Assembly: GCF_964355755.1 (NCBI RefSeq)
Contig: NC_092680.1
Span: 10,044,001-10,108,000, forward strand
Direction: 5' to 3'
Length of the DNA: 64,000 nucleotides
From: Antedon mediterranea
Taxonomy: Eukaryota > Animalia > Echinodermata
The notes beneath the pieces were generated by a model, which was not told the origin of the DNA, did no database searches, and worked only from the letters and a program-made list of their open reading frames with translations. Position numbers and translations under genes: made by a program. The stretch's first letter is position 1. Every line of letters starts with the position of its first letter. Positions 11,380 to 24,977 of the stretch are shown here, in pieces.

Positions 11380-14300
11380 ATAATAATAATAATAATTTAT
11401 TTGGAAAACGCTTTTTGAACAGCGGCACACATAATAATGGTGCATCCTTAAAACAATTAAACATACAATATAAAAAATATGAGTATAAAAATAAAGATAA
11501 ACTAGATTAAAACAGATAATACTCAGATAAAACGGAAGTTCGATAAAACCAAATTAAAAATAAACTGTAATACTAAAACCAATTAAATGCAACCCACATA
11601 CATAAGCTTGGACACTAAATTAGCATATCAATTAGTATATGAACAAATGAATATACAGTACTTAGAATCTATGTTAAGATATACACATTCTTGATACACA
11701 GTGTCTACCAGCAAAAATAATAAGGAACAATAGGAACCCAAATTAGGGACATCAATAAACAGGAAAGCATAGATTAAATTATTTCAGCTGTGGTGAATTA
11801 TTTGATGACTGTAAACAGAATTAAGATAACTAAACCAACTTACATACAATAAAAAAATTAAAAAAAATCATTCGATAATGTTAGACTTTATACGTTGTCT
11901 AAAGGCCCATGCTTTCTTAAGATATGATTTGCAGAATTTATCAAGAATGTCATGGGCTTTGTTTACCATATTAATCGACATTGTTGGAATGAGAACAGAA
12001 CAATCACCACCAAGTATAATCATTAAGATAACCTCTGAATTATTTAACTGGAGTGAATTCCATAGATCTGAAAGACCAGAATCATTAAGGTTTTGTTCCA
12101 AGCATTCAAATTCTGAAATTCGCACTTCTTGTAGTACTTTACAATTTAACATAAAATGATATAAATCTTCAGGTTCATCCTTACATAACATACAATTACC
12201 AGTATTATTCATATCCCATTTACTTAATCTACTTTCAAGTTGAAGAGTATTTGACCTTGCCTTAAATTTCAATTGAGCACCATGAAAATCAGTTTTAACA
12301 GTAAGATAATTTTCTAACTCAGGCATTTTTTTAAATTTAACATAAAGTGATAATGATGGTTTGGTACAGCTTTTATTAAACCAATCCAATTCATACATTT
12401 GACGATTAACACACTTAAAAGATTTAAACCATGCTGAATCTATAGGTATGTTATTTGAAAATACATGATTAAATCCAGTATTATTCAGAATACTTTTAAT
12501 TGAGTTTAACCATCGCCATTTTATATTAACATTATTGTCATGCAAGGTAAATAATGCATGCAACAGCAGCTTTGGCCAACGATGGGCTTCTAAGTTGATA
12601 AGCCTGTCAAAATATTTAATTTTTATTTCATTATGGGTATTTTCAATGCTATCCCATCCTAAGTCACCCAACAGAGCCAATGATGGCGTGTTCCTCGGTG
12701 CTTTTAGTAGTGTTTTAGCCATTTGTAGCTGAATGTTTTCGATTTTTTTTGTAATCACTGGCACTATAAGCTGATATTGCACATGCATAGTTAATTGAAG
12801 GTAGTGCTATAGTTTTCCACAAGATATTACCAAAATAAATCCTATTAAAATCATTAAAAATGGACTTGATATATCCAATTAATCTATTTCCTTTTCTAAC
12901 TACATCATTAACATGTATACTTTCGGAGAAGTTTCTTGAAATATTCACTCCCAAGTATTTGTAACAATCTACTTCTTTGATGAAGTGGTTTACAAGAGGC
13001 CATTGTTTAGTTTTATTAGTACGTTTACCAACAACCACAACATTTGATTTGTCATAATTAAAGTTAAGTTTCCATTTTTTGGAGAAAATTCCAGCGATAG
13101 ATAACATTTTCTCCAGATCATTTTCATCTTTAGCAATCAAGACAACGTCGTCAGCCCAAAAAAGACAGCTAATTTTTGTGCCTAAAGTATGACATCCGAC
13201 ATTTTCATTATATAACATTTTGGAGAGTTCATTTATAAAAATACAGAATAAGGTCGGTGATAATACGCAGCCTTGCTTAACCCCTTCATCGACATCAAAA
13301 TAATCAGTTACAATATCACCAAACTTAACATTACATTTGACGTTTGTATAAAGTTTATCAATAATTTTCCAGACTTTACCAGTATTCCATGCTATTGACA
13401 AAAGGCCATTACGCCAAACCGTGTCAAAAGCCTTACGGAAATCCAGGAAGGCTAAGTATGTTAACTTATTTTCCGCATTTCGCGTAGCCAATATGCTTTT
13501 AAGTGTAAATATGTGGTCCTCACATCTATGATTTTTCCTAAAGCCTCCCTGGATTTCCGTAAGAATACTATTACTCTCAAGAAATTCTGAGATACGATCA
13601 CAAATAATACGATTGAAAATTTTAGCAACACATGATGATAATGTGATACCTCTATAGTTATTTAAATCGTTCTTGCTACCTTTTTTATGGATAGGTATAA
13701 TGATCCCTTTATTCCACTCGGTGGGAATTTTCTCTGATTTAACAAAATAGTTAAAAAGATATGTAAGTGACCTAATAAGGCAGTCACCTCCGTTCTTTAA
13801 CAATTCGTTAGTGATGCCATCAACACCAGGTGCTTTATTGTTTTTAGAACGAAGTATTGAACTTTTAACATCTTCAAATGAAATTCTTATATCATCCAGT
13901 ACTTTTTGTGGATCATCATTAACATAATTTATATAATTTTCCCTAATATCAGAAACATGACTATTGATAACTATATCATTATAAGTATTGACACCAGTTT
14001 GATTACCCAAGTTACTCCAATAAATTTTAATCAAGTTAGCCATAACCTGTTTGTCTGAGGTAACTTGTGTAGAGTCGGGAATTTTTAGGTTAGAAGGAAC
14101 AATTACCTTCTTAGGCCCCCTTAATTCGTTCCAAAAGTCTTTAGAACTCTGACCACCTGCTTTCGCTATGGCAACACTTTTGTCAACTTTCAATTGCATC
14201 ATTTTATTTTTTATTACATTTTTCGCTTGAGTTTTTTTCATTTTATAATCCTTCCATAAAGCATCCCCCTTATCAAGATCTGCCCTATTATGTTTAGACC

Positions 14301-15145
14301 ATGCACGATGCTCCTTACAAGCACGTTTACGTTCTTGAATGGCAGTGTCTATTGTCTTATCCCACCATTGTTTACTTTTGCTTTTAACATCCTTAAAGCC
14401 AATTGTATTATTAGTAACTGAAATAAGAGTATCTTTCCATTTTTCCCAACCATAATTTATATCACTAATATCCTCAAGGTTATTATTAAACCAAATGTTG
14501 TCAAATTTATCAATAATTGAATTTTTGTAAGCAGACCAGTCTTGATCGCTTTTAATATTCCAAACTTGTCGTTTATTATCATTCGAATTTTTTACATTAG
14601 TATTATATTCAACTTTAAGATAGGCTAGTAGCACATTATGGTCACTACCCATGTGGTAGTTTCTTTCCTCATCGATGACCATTTTATGTATAAATTTATC
14701 GACACTACACGAGGAAAGCACATAATCAATGCAGCTTGAGTGTGGGTGTCTAAACCAAGTTATCTTTCCAAAACATTTTTGTGAGCAGTTTAGAATATTT
14801 AGCCCTGTGTCAATACTAAAATTTATCAAACGCTCCCCATTAGAATTAATTATGGGATCACCATTACTTACATTATTACCTATTCTGCCATTAAAATCGC
14901 CTACAATTAAGATAAGTGGGTCACAATTTTCAACTTCATTTTCAATTTGAATTATTTCAGAGAGTAGTTGGTTATATAGTTCATCAGCAAGGTCAGGATT
15001 AGACCCCTCTACTGGAAAATATACCACAGCAATATTAAGCAATTTATCACAAATTTTAACACGAATCCAACATCTCTCAATGTCATCACAAAACGAATCA
15101 TAAAGATTATCATCTAAAACAGTTACTTTATCTACTAATATAAAT
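11380..15145 (-). mobile_element. LINE (RTEX-like) with APE endonuclease, RT and C-terminal CCHC; one frameshift, 5'-truncated
   Basis: ORF 15042-12715: IVGDFNG, GSDHNV, KAPGVDG, NYRGITL, FLDFRKAFD, GVKQGCVLSP, FWADD. ORF 12788-11868 continues it with CMLC..EDLYHFMLNC. A (TTA)n tail lies at 11380-11396. Confidence 0.93.
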
Positions 15146-16000
15146 ATATACCTCTGGATTTACTTCACTATCTTTTTGTTGATGCGCCAGAGAGATGTAA
15201 TAAGAACACTAGAGGGCGTACGCTAGACTGAAAAGTGATTCCAACAGGAGAGGAACCAACAATATGGTGGCCGTAAATGTGTTCAAAAACATTATTTAAT
15301 ATAAAAAATAATAATCTAATATATATATTACATTAAGACCACATAAGAACACATATTCTTGTCAAAGCACAGTGAAGTTTTTATAAAATGAAATAATAAT
15401 AATAATAATTATTGTTAACCGCAATAGAATGAATAATTTCTTTTTATACGAGGATCATGTAGAATGCGTTCGCGTTTATTATACACTCAATGATTGCGCT
15501 GCGTACCGTTCTCACGCAGATATAGGCTAAAAAAACAGTAGCAGTGCGTACAGCGTAGGGCATATCTGATTGGTCGATTGCAGTCGCCATTTTTCCCTCT
15601 CTACGGAGAATCACTTTTGAAATGCGATAACATTAAAAGATTGCCATCCAGCCTGCGGCTATTACATATCACTGGTTAATGCTCACATGTGGCGATACAC
15701 TTGGCATGTGTACAAATAGGTATTTTTATTTTATTTTATTAAACTCTTTAAAATAACATGAATTGACAATTAATATTTATATGTTAGAATATTTTATTTT
15801 AAGTGTATATCATAATTGTATTACATTTGAGTTGAATAGTCGTTACTTTAAAGCTGTAGGCCCCCACCACACACTTTTATATAGGCCTACGCCTAGACTG
15901 AGGCCTAGAGGCCTAGCCTAGGCCTACTTAGCCTAGCATAGCATTAGGCATATGTAGCACGAGGCCTTTCCCAACTCGTTAGGTGGATAAGAAAGCTTTT

Positions 16001-17724
16001 GGTCCTACTAGGGTCCTACTAAACACCACCAGATACCACCAAATACCTACCAGAGCAACAAATCCTACCACCAGAGAGCAGCCACCTGTTTGGAATGTAT
16101 TATTAATGGTATATTACAAATTTCATAGCTTATTTCTTTCAGAAACTGATAAAATTAAAGTTAAAAGTGAATTTCTCGCTGTCGCCTTACCAGAATCAAA
16201 TGCGTTCGAACTTCGAAACAGTAACGAAACGAACGCGTTCATCCGTGTCTATTGTATATTGTATTCAGCGGTCAACTGTGAGGCACTACCGATGCATTTA
16301 TTTGGTCAAATAAATTCTGTGTGCACTAACATTTATTATTCATTTCATTCCAGACAAACATCGAATCATCGCCACTAACATGCTGGTTAAAATCTTAATA
16401 AAAATTACTTTAGATAACAAATTTAAACAAGATGACATCGAAAATAGTCTTTTTTTTTAATGAAACCATAGAATTTACTATAAGTACGGTCATTTCAGTA
16501 AATCCGACACGCCATCTGTCCGTGATGGTATTCTGTTCAACAATGCGTGTGTGATTTGATCATATAAAATTGTACCCAAAGTATTTATTCAAAACAATCC
16601 AAATGTTATCATTTTCGATTTTCAATTCATGTAATTATTCTTCCGAAAGTCGATTATTATTTAAAATTCGTTTACGCATTCTGGAGAAATTGTACAAAGA
16701 CATCTTCTTGGTACAAAAATACAAAAGAATATTACGCACAGAATTAATGAAGGTTATTTTTTCAAACCAAGGTTTATTTGGATGCGAAGACAAACATGAC
16801 TTCCAAAAAATGTCGATTTAGGCCTACTAAAGGAAAGAATCTTTAAAGAAAATCCTGATTTTGTTAAAATACGCTATTTTGCCGCCGAAATCAAACACAT
16901 GGTTGCCGTTTGATTGGAAGAAAAATTCTAATAATATATTGAAATTAGCAACTAAAACATTAAAAGTAGCCGACCTGATTGACAAGATAAAGGATCGTGA
17001 AACCAACAAGCCATTTTACCCCTTTTGTATGATAAACTTCCACGTTTACTTTTATTGTATGTTTTGTTAAGTTATCGTATCGTTTTTGCCATACGAAACA
17101 TGATAAAAACTAAATAACCGGCCGTAATGAAAGAAATTGCGCAATCGATTGGTGTATTTTTTTGTACCAATATTTATTAAACAGAATACCATCACTGACA
17201 GAAAGGATTGTCGGATTACTGGAATGACCGTAGACAATAGTATGGTTTCATTAAAAAAGGACGAACAAAATATCAACCAAAGAATATAGTTGCTTTAAGT
17301 TTTATTTACTTTTAAATGTTATTATAGTGTACAAAAAGAATTTCTGATTTTATTTGACCAAATAAATGCTGTGAGAGCAGTTGACCGAGTAACAAACGCG
17401 TTATTTATTTTGAACTGTTATAGTGATTTATTTGACCAAATAAATGCATCGGTAGCACCTCATAGTTGACCGCCAAATACAATAGACACGGACGAACGCG
17501 TTCGTTTCGTTACTGAGTGTTACGAAGTTGAACGCATTCGATTCTGGAAAGGCGACGGCGAGAAATTCACTTTTAACTTTGATTTTATCGGTTTCTGAAA
17601 GAATTGAACCTTGAAATTTGTAATATACCATTAATAATACATTCCAAACAGGTGGCTGCTCTCTGGTGTTAGGATTTGTTGCTCTGGTGGTATCTGGTGG
17701 TATCTGGTGGTGTTTAGTAGGACC
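16001..17724. repeat. Long diverged inverted repeat (arms ~16001-16540 and ~17175-17724)
   Basis: ggtcctactaaacaccaccagatacc...gaaactgataaaat...atttatttggtcaaataaa and tttaatgaaaccata...gtgatggtattctgtt recur as reverse complements. The similar ORFs 15983(+) and 17631(-) reflect this. Confidence 0.9.
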
Positions 17725-18726
17725 GGTCCTACTAGTCTAGTACTAAACACCAAACTGAAACAAACGAGACCAAAACATGTTGCAAATACCTATGCCTGCC
17801 AAACGAGAGTAGATAATTGTTAATTAATTATGAAACCTAACTTTTATGTGGTCCGATTTTATGTTAAAAACGATGAATTTCAACAAAAACTAGGCCTAGG
17901 CTAAGCCTAAATAAAACCAAACGTATCTATCTAGGCCTAGCTAGGCTACTACAGTTTCGCACCACACTGTTATATATCTTCAATTTCTCACCTAAATTCT
18001 TTCTCATACCCACATCATACAATTTTGGGCCATTATGTAACAATACATGTTCCCATGATTTAGCGACCGTTAAATTACCTTTATCACAATAAAAAATGCC
18101 TTTCAAAACAGCTCCTTTTCCTCGAACACTTTGATCCAATTGCGGCCATTTTAGAATCAGAAAATTGCCAGGAATCAATTGTATGTTTTATTTTCTGTTT
18201 TTATTTTTATACTGCAGAGAGTGGTTTTATAAAGAACCCGCTGTACATATCAAAACGACGACGACATGAGTTCGTACATATATTTTATTTTTAAACAGTT
18301 TTAAAAATCATAAACCATATTTTGTTCAGCTAGGTTAGGTTCACATTCAGAAATTATCATGATGTTCTATATGAACCTGCAGGAAGTCGTTAACGTGATC
18401 TAGAATATCACGTTAATTCCGGCTAACGTGCTCTCGTAGAGCCTATCATAATCATGCTCTTGCGAAGTTATCAGGATATATTAGACACCGTTATATGCAG
18501 AGACAAAATTCAACCAATCAGCGCTTGGTTATTTACTGCGTCATCGGCCACCCACCGGAAGAAGTCACCATTGTTGTTGTTTTGATTTCTTTGACCGTCA
18601 ACTTCAACAAGTTGTTTTTGTTTTGATTGTTAAATTGCTTGGGTTTAACGCACTATATCATACATCAAGTTAGTTAGACGATTAAAGAATGAAATATCGA
18701 AATCAGGAGAACGATCCAGAAGTTAA

Positions 18727-19352
18727 AGACCCCTTCCCTGCAATTTTGGACGTTTTTTGGAAAATAATACATATATATCACTTTAAAAACATTAAACCAT
18801 GTCATTCCTTGTCTTAAATGTACGTTTTATGGTAAATTATGAAAAAAAGTGAGAAACAATGCACTACCTAAGTAGCTCGCGGCGATCGACCTCTCGTGGA
18901 CGGTCTTAGGCCTAGCCTAGCTAGGCTTAGTTTTGTAGGCCTAGCTGGTAAACATCGATAACGTACGAACATCGTACGCTAGCTATATACCTAGCCTGAC
19001 GTTGTATAGTTGCTGCATTAATTGTCTTTCTATTTTTGCCAGACTCCGTTGATACAAATTGGGGAAAACCCGGTATTTTCGCTGAAAAGTTAGGAGTCTT
19101 CCATTTGTTTTGGCTTCACGATCGATCGAAAAGTGGGCGAATTACAGGTGAAAAACAAAAATATCAATCCGCGCGCAGTGCATTTTGGGATTTATAGCGG
19201 GCCGCTATAATTATTAGAATCGATTTATTTTTCACATTTTTAACCGTTTAAAGACGAAAAAAGTTATCGCAATAGGACCATATAGTATTATTTTTACATT
19301 AAATATAGTTTGTGATCTTAAATTAGATCTAAAAAACGTAGGGAATGGGGCT
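18727..19352. mobile_element. Kolobok-like non-autonomous DNA transposon (626 bp)
   Basis: TTAA on both flanks (18723-18726, 19353-19356); imperfect TIR agaccccttccct / agggaatggggct; AG...CT termini. Confidence 0.75.
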
Positions 19353-19795
19353 TTAATGTGAAACAGCCAGGACTATTTCGAAAGCTAGACTCAAAAAGCT
19401 AACCCACACTCGATCCACCACAAAGGCATGCACGACCTTATAAAGGCTGACACTATTATGCATGCACTATTTTGTAAACTATTGATTTTTAACCACGAAA
19501 TGGATAATAAAATATCGTTGTGATGCATGTGTAGATGATTTCATATTCTTGACGGGAAACTGATTGTTTAAACAAAACTAATTCCTAAATAGACATTGTA
19601 CATTTTTAGGCCGAATTTTTTTTTCCATGAAGTAAAACATGTATTGTACGTAAACTGTGGGGGTAGGGCCTACTTACTAACTATTCTAGACCTATATGGA
19701 TGCATATTAAATATTGTTGTCAAGAATTTCTTTCAGTAAATACATTAAAATTAAAGTACTGTAATGTAATTAATAAAATATTCGATGTAGTATAG

Positions 19796-21570
19796 TCTAC
19801 GCTCGCGCTAACCGCTCGCCAATTCGCCAATGGCGACTGGAGTCTCCATTTGGCGAAAATAATTATCGCCTCGTTCGCCAAATTGGCGAAAATACATTTC
19901 CAAGCCTAGGCCTAGCCTGGTCGGCGTGACTTCTTATGGGAGCGAGAATTCGCCACACTTCGGTACTTTCTGACTCGGGTACACTTTTTACCACAACAGC
20001 ATTTTATGTGACGACGTCACGATCGCCGTGTTAATTGTTTTAGTTCTGTTTAAACATGCGCAGAGCGTGCCTCGATGACGTTTTAATGACACACAGTTAA
20101 TGTGATTGGTTCGTGGCCGGCCGTCGTCGACGTGATGATGAGCGAATAAAAGGGGAAGTCCCTATTCTTCGACGTAGAAAATGAACTTCGAGAAGAAAAT
20201 GTAAACAGAAACATGTGGACGAATACTTCCGTAAACGAGGCTGTTCTGTTATTTATAAAGGGGAATTTTAAATTTAACAAAGTAATTACCTCAATAGTAT
20301 ATAATGTTAACATGTTTAATTTTATTTCCCTTTCGATTATTCTAACCGAAAGTTGCGCTTTAAATTGAATAGCTAAGAAACAGCGTATACTGCAACGGCA
20401 ACCATGGCCAAAGCGCGTTTCGGCCGCCTACATAGAATGGGTTACGGCCGCTGCATAGCAAATTCAAAGCTTCTTAAATTTCTGCGGTACTTTTCTTGTT
20501 TTATATAATACTAATAGATTGATAAATATTCCAATTATTAAATAATTTAATAAATCGGTAAAATTGACGTTTCGAAGCAAATATTCCATGATGAGAGGTG
20601 ACATTTTTCGACATGCCTCGTGTGCGGCAAAGACTAGTTCAGAAAATGGAACAGTCCACTGCGGGGGTTATCCAATCATTAATTAACGCGCTAATACATG
20701 CATACCATGCACATTGCCTGGGCGACGGTAATTTAGTAATAAGCGGAGAACTGAATCCCCCGTAAGGAAAATGGTAAACACTGATATTTATGGTAGGGAT
20801 TATTTTTTTCAGGGGTTGGTCTTGTTGGCCTCTTCGCACGAGGTCCACGCAAAGTCAAATAAAACGATGTGTTTTATCAAACAGAAATATAAATTAGCTT
20901 TAATTCAATACTAAATTAGCCAGATTTTGATAATGAGAAAGACTCAAAAATTCAATTTTTATCGTTAAAATTGACATTTGAGGCGGATGTACATAATAAT
21001 AATAACCGATTTACATATCAAAATAAAGAGTATTTAAAGCCTGATAACATGCAACAAAAATTACTCCACCACCTATTATGGACCTCGTGCGATCGGGTGC
21101 GAAAATGGGTAGGTGTTTTCCAAAGTTATTTTTAGCGCGCGGATTTCGGCTCGCCGGCTTTTGTACCTCATTTTTAACTCGCGTTTTCTATTAAAATATT
21201 TAATAAACATAGATTATAAATATATAAAAATAATCCCTTAAACAAGATCTTTCCAGGCATATAATTTTTATTCTCATGGGTACATAAGAAATAGTATATT
21301 TTTAACTTCAAAGACACGTCACTTTTTGAAATTTCACGAACGTGTTAAAATCCCGGTAACGAAAATCAGGTTCATTGGGATACCTAATAATAATATAAAT
21401 GTAAAAGAAATAAAATATAAAAAAAATACATGCATTATTTATTTAATAAACATTTTTTTGAATTTTTATGGTTTTTTAAATTTGGCTAAAGGATTTTCAA
21501 TTTGGCTAATGTATTTCAAAACCTTTCGCCATTTTGGCGAACAAAAATTTGACCTTAGCGCGAGCGTAGA
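19796..21570. mobile_element. Non-autonomous DNA transposon with 8-bp TSD (hAT-like)
   Basis: Perfect 16-bp TIR TCTACGCTCGCGCTAA; TSD tagtatag / tagtatgg; subterminal ttcgcca/tggcgaa repeats at both ends. Confidence 0.8.
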
Positions 21571-22499
21571 TAGTATGGTGTGATTTAATAGACCATTATG
21601 TATGTATCATTTGACGGGGCACTAAAAAATATGTATAGCCTGGTAAATAAATTTGTCCACTTTTAATCCATCGTGCAAATAGAGAGTGTACGATTGAATG
21701 TTTTGTACTGTAGTGTACTTGCCAACACCATTTTCAAACAAGATGAGATTTTTATAGTTAAAATTATGTGTTTTGAAACCTATGTTCTGTAAAATTAATA
21801 AATATCATCGATTATGAACGTTCTTTATTACTGCCGAAATTATAACAACTTTGGAATGGTAAGCGTAAATGAGGTGAAATTACAGACAGACCAAGTTTGT
21901 TTTCAAATTAATTCACGCTCGCTACTTAGGCCTACTTTTTGACCCAAAATATTTGAAGCAAAGATGCCATGGCTCATCCGCAAAAAAACCATGGACAACG
22001 CCTATTATTATTATTTGTTATCTTAGGCCTACTGGCTAGCTACTACATAGAGGCCCACACTACAAAAACAAATCAACAATCCCTTCCCATGTGTGCTCCG
22101 AACATGTGTGTTTGGCCTTTCATGCATCAGTGCACCTCATTAGCATACTAATATCACGAATGATGTTAAATTCTTTGTGAACGCTCTTCCTGTTAACATG
22201 ATATTCAATATCACGTAACGAAAGCACGATAAAATCTTATGTGAACGTGACTATTGAAAGTTGTTTATTGAGGTTACGAAGCAAAACAATGGAACCTACG
22301 AAGTCAACAACGTAGCCTATGTTCTATCTACAAATCTACTTCGTAGGTAAAGTTGCAGTATTTTCTTTCTGTCTTGTAAATGCTTCACAGGTGTGAACAA
22401 ATTGCATCCTATTAGAAACAAAAACTTTACTATTTATTATATGAAATGTTTAATTTAATGATTATCTGACAGTGAATTACAGTATAGTATTACAATATC

Positions 22500-23530
22500 A
22501 GTCTAGATTGGCAGTCAATTGAAGATACAGCATGGACTACCATCTGACCATCCACTGATTATCTGTACTACTGTGTATCTATGCCACAGCCTTCTCCTGT
22601 CCGGAGGGTGATTGCCAGTCGTCATCTCAAGCGACTCGATATTGACCTATTCGTAACTGATGTTCAAGAAATGCTCGAACCCATGTTGGATTTAGAATCA
22701 CCATTTTCTCCTGAAATGTACAACGATTCTCAAACCATGCTGTTGGACAAGTTTGCCCCTATACAAAATCATACCATTACTGTTCGTCCAAATACCAAGT
22801 GGTACAACGAGAAACTCCACAAGTCTAAATCAACTGAAACGCAAGTTGGAAAAACAATGGAAAAAATCTGGCTTAGAAGTTGACCATCAGGTTTTCCTGA
22901 CACAGTGTGATATCTACTATAGTATCAGTCACTTGTACTAGTAAAGACAAAATCGCCACATGGTATCTGAATCGCCACATGGTATCTGGATCAAATGAGT
23001 TGTTTTCTCTAATCAGGAACAACTTCTTAGATCAGGATAAGCTGCATCAGCCAGCAAACATAGGGCCTGATGATTTCAACAGATACTTCATTGACAAGAT
23101 CACTATGATTTGTCTGGTGTTGGATGCCACAACAGATGAAGATGACCTTTGACTTCTGACTAGTGTCTGCAGTGATCAGACATTAGAGCTTGCTAAAGGG
23201 GTCGTAAAACACACGGCCAGTCTGTGATTCTTTTTTGGCCAGCCTGTGGTCCGAGGGCGCTAGACATTTGGCCAGCCTGTGGTCCAGAGGGCGCTAGAAA
23301 TTTTCAGCAGCACGCACAATTTCTTCAAAACTTTAGAGGGCGCTACCCAACATGTATTAACACAGTTTTATTAATTATTGTAGTACAGTAATACTACAAT
23401 AATTAATACCTCTCTTGAGTCAGCAAAAGTATCACTGATATTTAGGTATGCTGTTATTACACCGCTACTGAAAAGCTCCAACCTTGATACAAATGTACTG
23501 GGCAACTACAGACCCATCTCAAATTTCTCG
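22500..23530 (+). mobile_element. Highly degenerate L2/CR1 fragment
   Basis: SDH motif (~22545), ITVRPNTKWYNE, FNRYFIDKI, PLLKSSNLDTNVLGNYRPISN in broken frames. Confidence 0.7.
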
Positions 23531-23689
23531 TATGTATTTCAAAAATGTTTTTACCTTGATTTACTTGATCTTGGACATCTAAAGCAATGCTTGTGTGTCT
23601 CTCTGGTATATTCTATTGCATGTTCTATCATATGGGGAAAACTTGAGTGGGTGGTGTTTCCAAAACTTTTCTAGTCGGTTTTTAAATTG

Positions 23690-24850
23690 ATTAACATTTT
23701 CAGCTTCTATTACATCCTGATGCAAGTTGTTCCATGTGTCGATACAGAGTTGTTAAAAAATTTCTGCTGGATCCTTAAATGAGTACAAGGTTTAATAATT
23801 TTCAAAAAGTGTCCTCTGGTTCTAGATTCAGTGCTTACTGTAATCTAAAAAAATCCTCGTTACATTAATAGTAAAACCTTAGAACATTTTGAATACTTGA
23901 ATCATTGCGGATCTCAATCTTCTGTATTCTAGAGTAGAAAGGTACATTTTGGAAAGCCGTTGATTGTATTCATACCAGTGACGTAAATCTGTTATCATTC
24001 TTGATGCACGCTGTTGAACCTTTTCCAACTTATCAGATTCCAAACAGTACTACAATATTCCATGGATGGTCTTACAATCGATTTATACAGCAGAGATATT
24101 AAGGAGTGACAGGATAAATAATCAAAATAACTATTTATGATGCCCAGCTTTTGGTTCGCTTTCATAGCAACTTGAGCCACATGTGATTCAAAAGTTAAGT
24201 TATCGTCAATTACGACCCCGAGATGTCATTTTGGTGACCCATTGTATTAGTTTCTTGTTTTCTGCATGGCCCATCTTGTATTGAAATTTAATGTTCTTCC
24301 TACCAAAATGCATGACACTACATTTTTTTAGGTTAAACAGTATGTTGCCATTTTATAGACCATTTAAACAGCTTGTCAATGTCATCTTGTAACTTGTAAC
24401 TTTTTGGCATCATCTAAATTGTTTATTTGTCTAAAAATATTGGTGTCATCTGCAAAAATTGTTATCTCTGAATCAATTTGATCAGGAATGTTGTTGATAT
24501 ACAAGTTGAATACTGTAGCAGTGGTCCATGAGGTATTCCACTTGTTACCCTGTTTGACCTAACACCATTTACAATAACTACTTGTGATCTATTATTAGTA
24601 AGAAACGCCTCTATCCACTGCACTAAGTTTCCTCCTATACCATGCTTTCAGCTTGTTGATTAATCTTTTGTGTGGAACACTATCAAAAGCTTTTTGGCAT
24701 CATCTAAATTGTTTATTTGTCTAAAAATCTTGGTGTCATCTGCAAAAATTGTTATCTCTGAATCAATTTGATCAAAAGCTTTCTTGAATTCCAAGAAAAC
24801 ACAATCGAAACTCAACCTTCATCTAACCATTTGGTCCACTGATTCATCGC
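23690..24850 (-). mobile_element. Degenerate CR1 RT/C-terminal fragment with a small internal duplication
   Basis: Reverse strand encodes KAFDSVPHKRL, IFADDTK (twice, ~24450 and ~24740) and LYKSIVRPSMEYCSTVW. Confidence 0.8.
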
Positions 24851-24977
24851 TTCTATTCTAATAGTGCTGTATTACTGGAAATGCCCGTTTTGACCTTTGA
24901 CCATAAATTTGGATTATCTCAATATCTCATCAACGACTGGCCGTAGAGACTTCAAAGTTGTCCCAAATTATTCAGAA

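Noticed and set aside
15150-15290. CTCF-like (actagagggcg) and YY1-like (aatatggtggcc) words as a promoter or insulator
   Set aside because: Short imperfect motifs; similar words occur in repeats (23250-23345, ~53393); no linked exon.
15983-17631. Paired ORFs MVYYKF...SETDKIKVKSEFLAVA as duplicated genes
   Set aside because: They only mirror the inverted repeat arms and have no recognisable domain.
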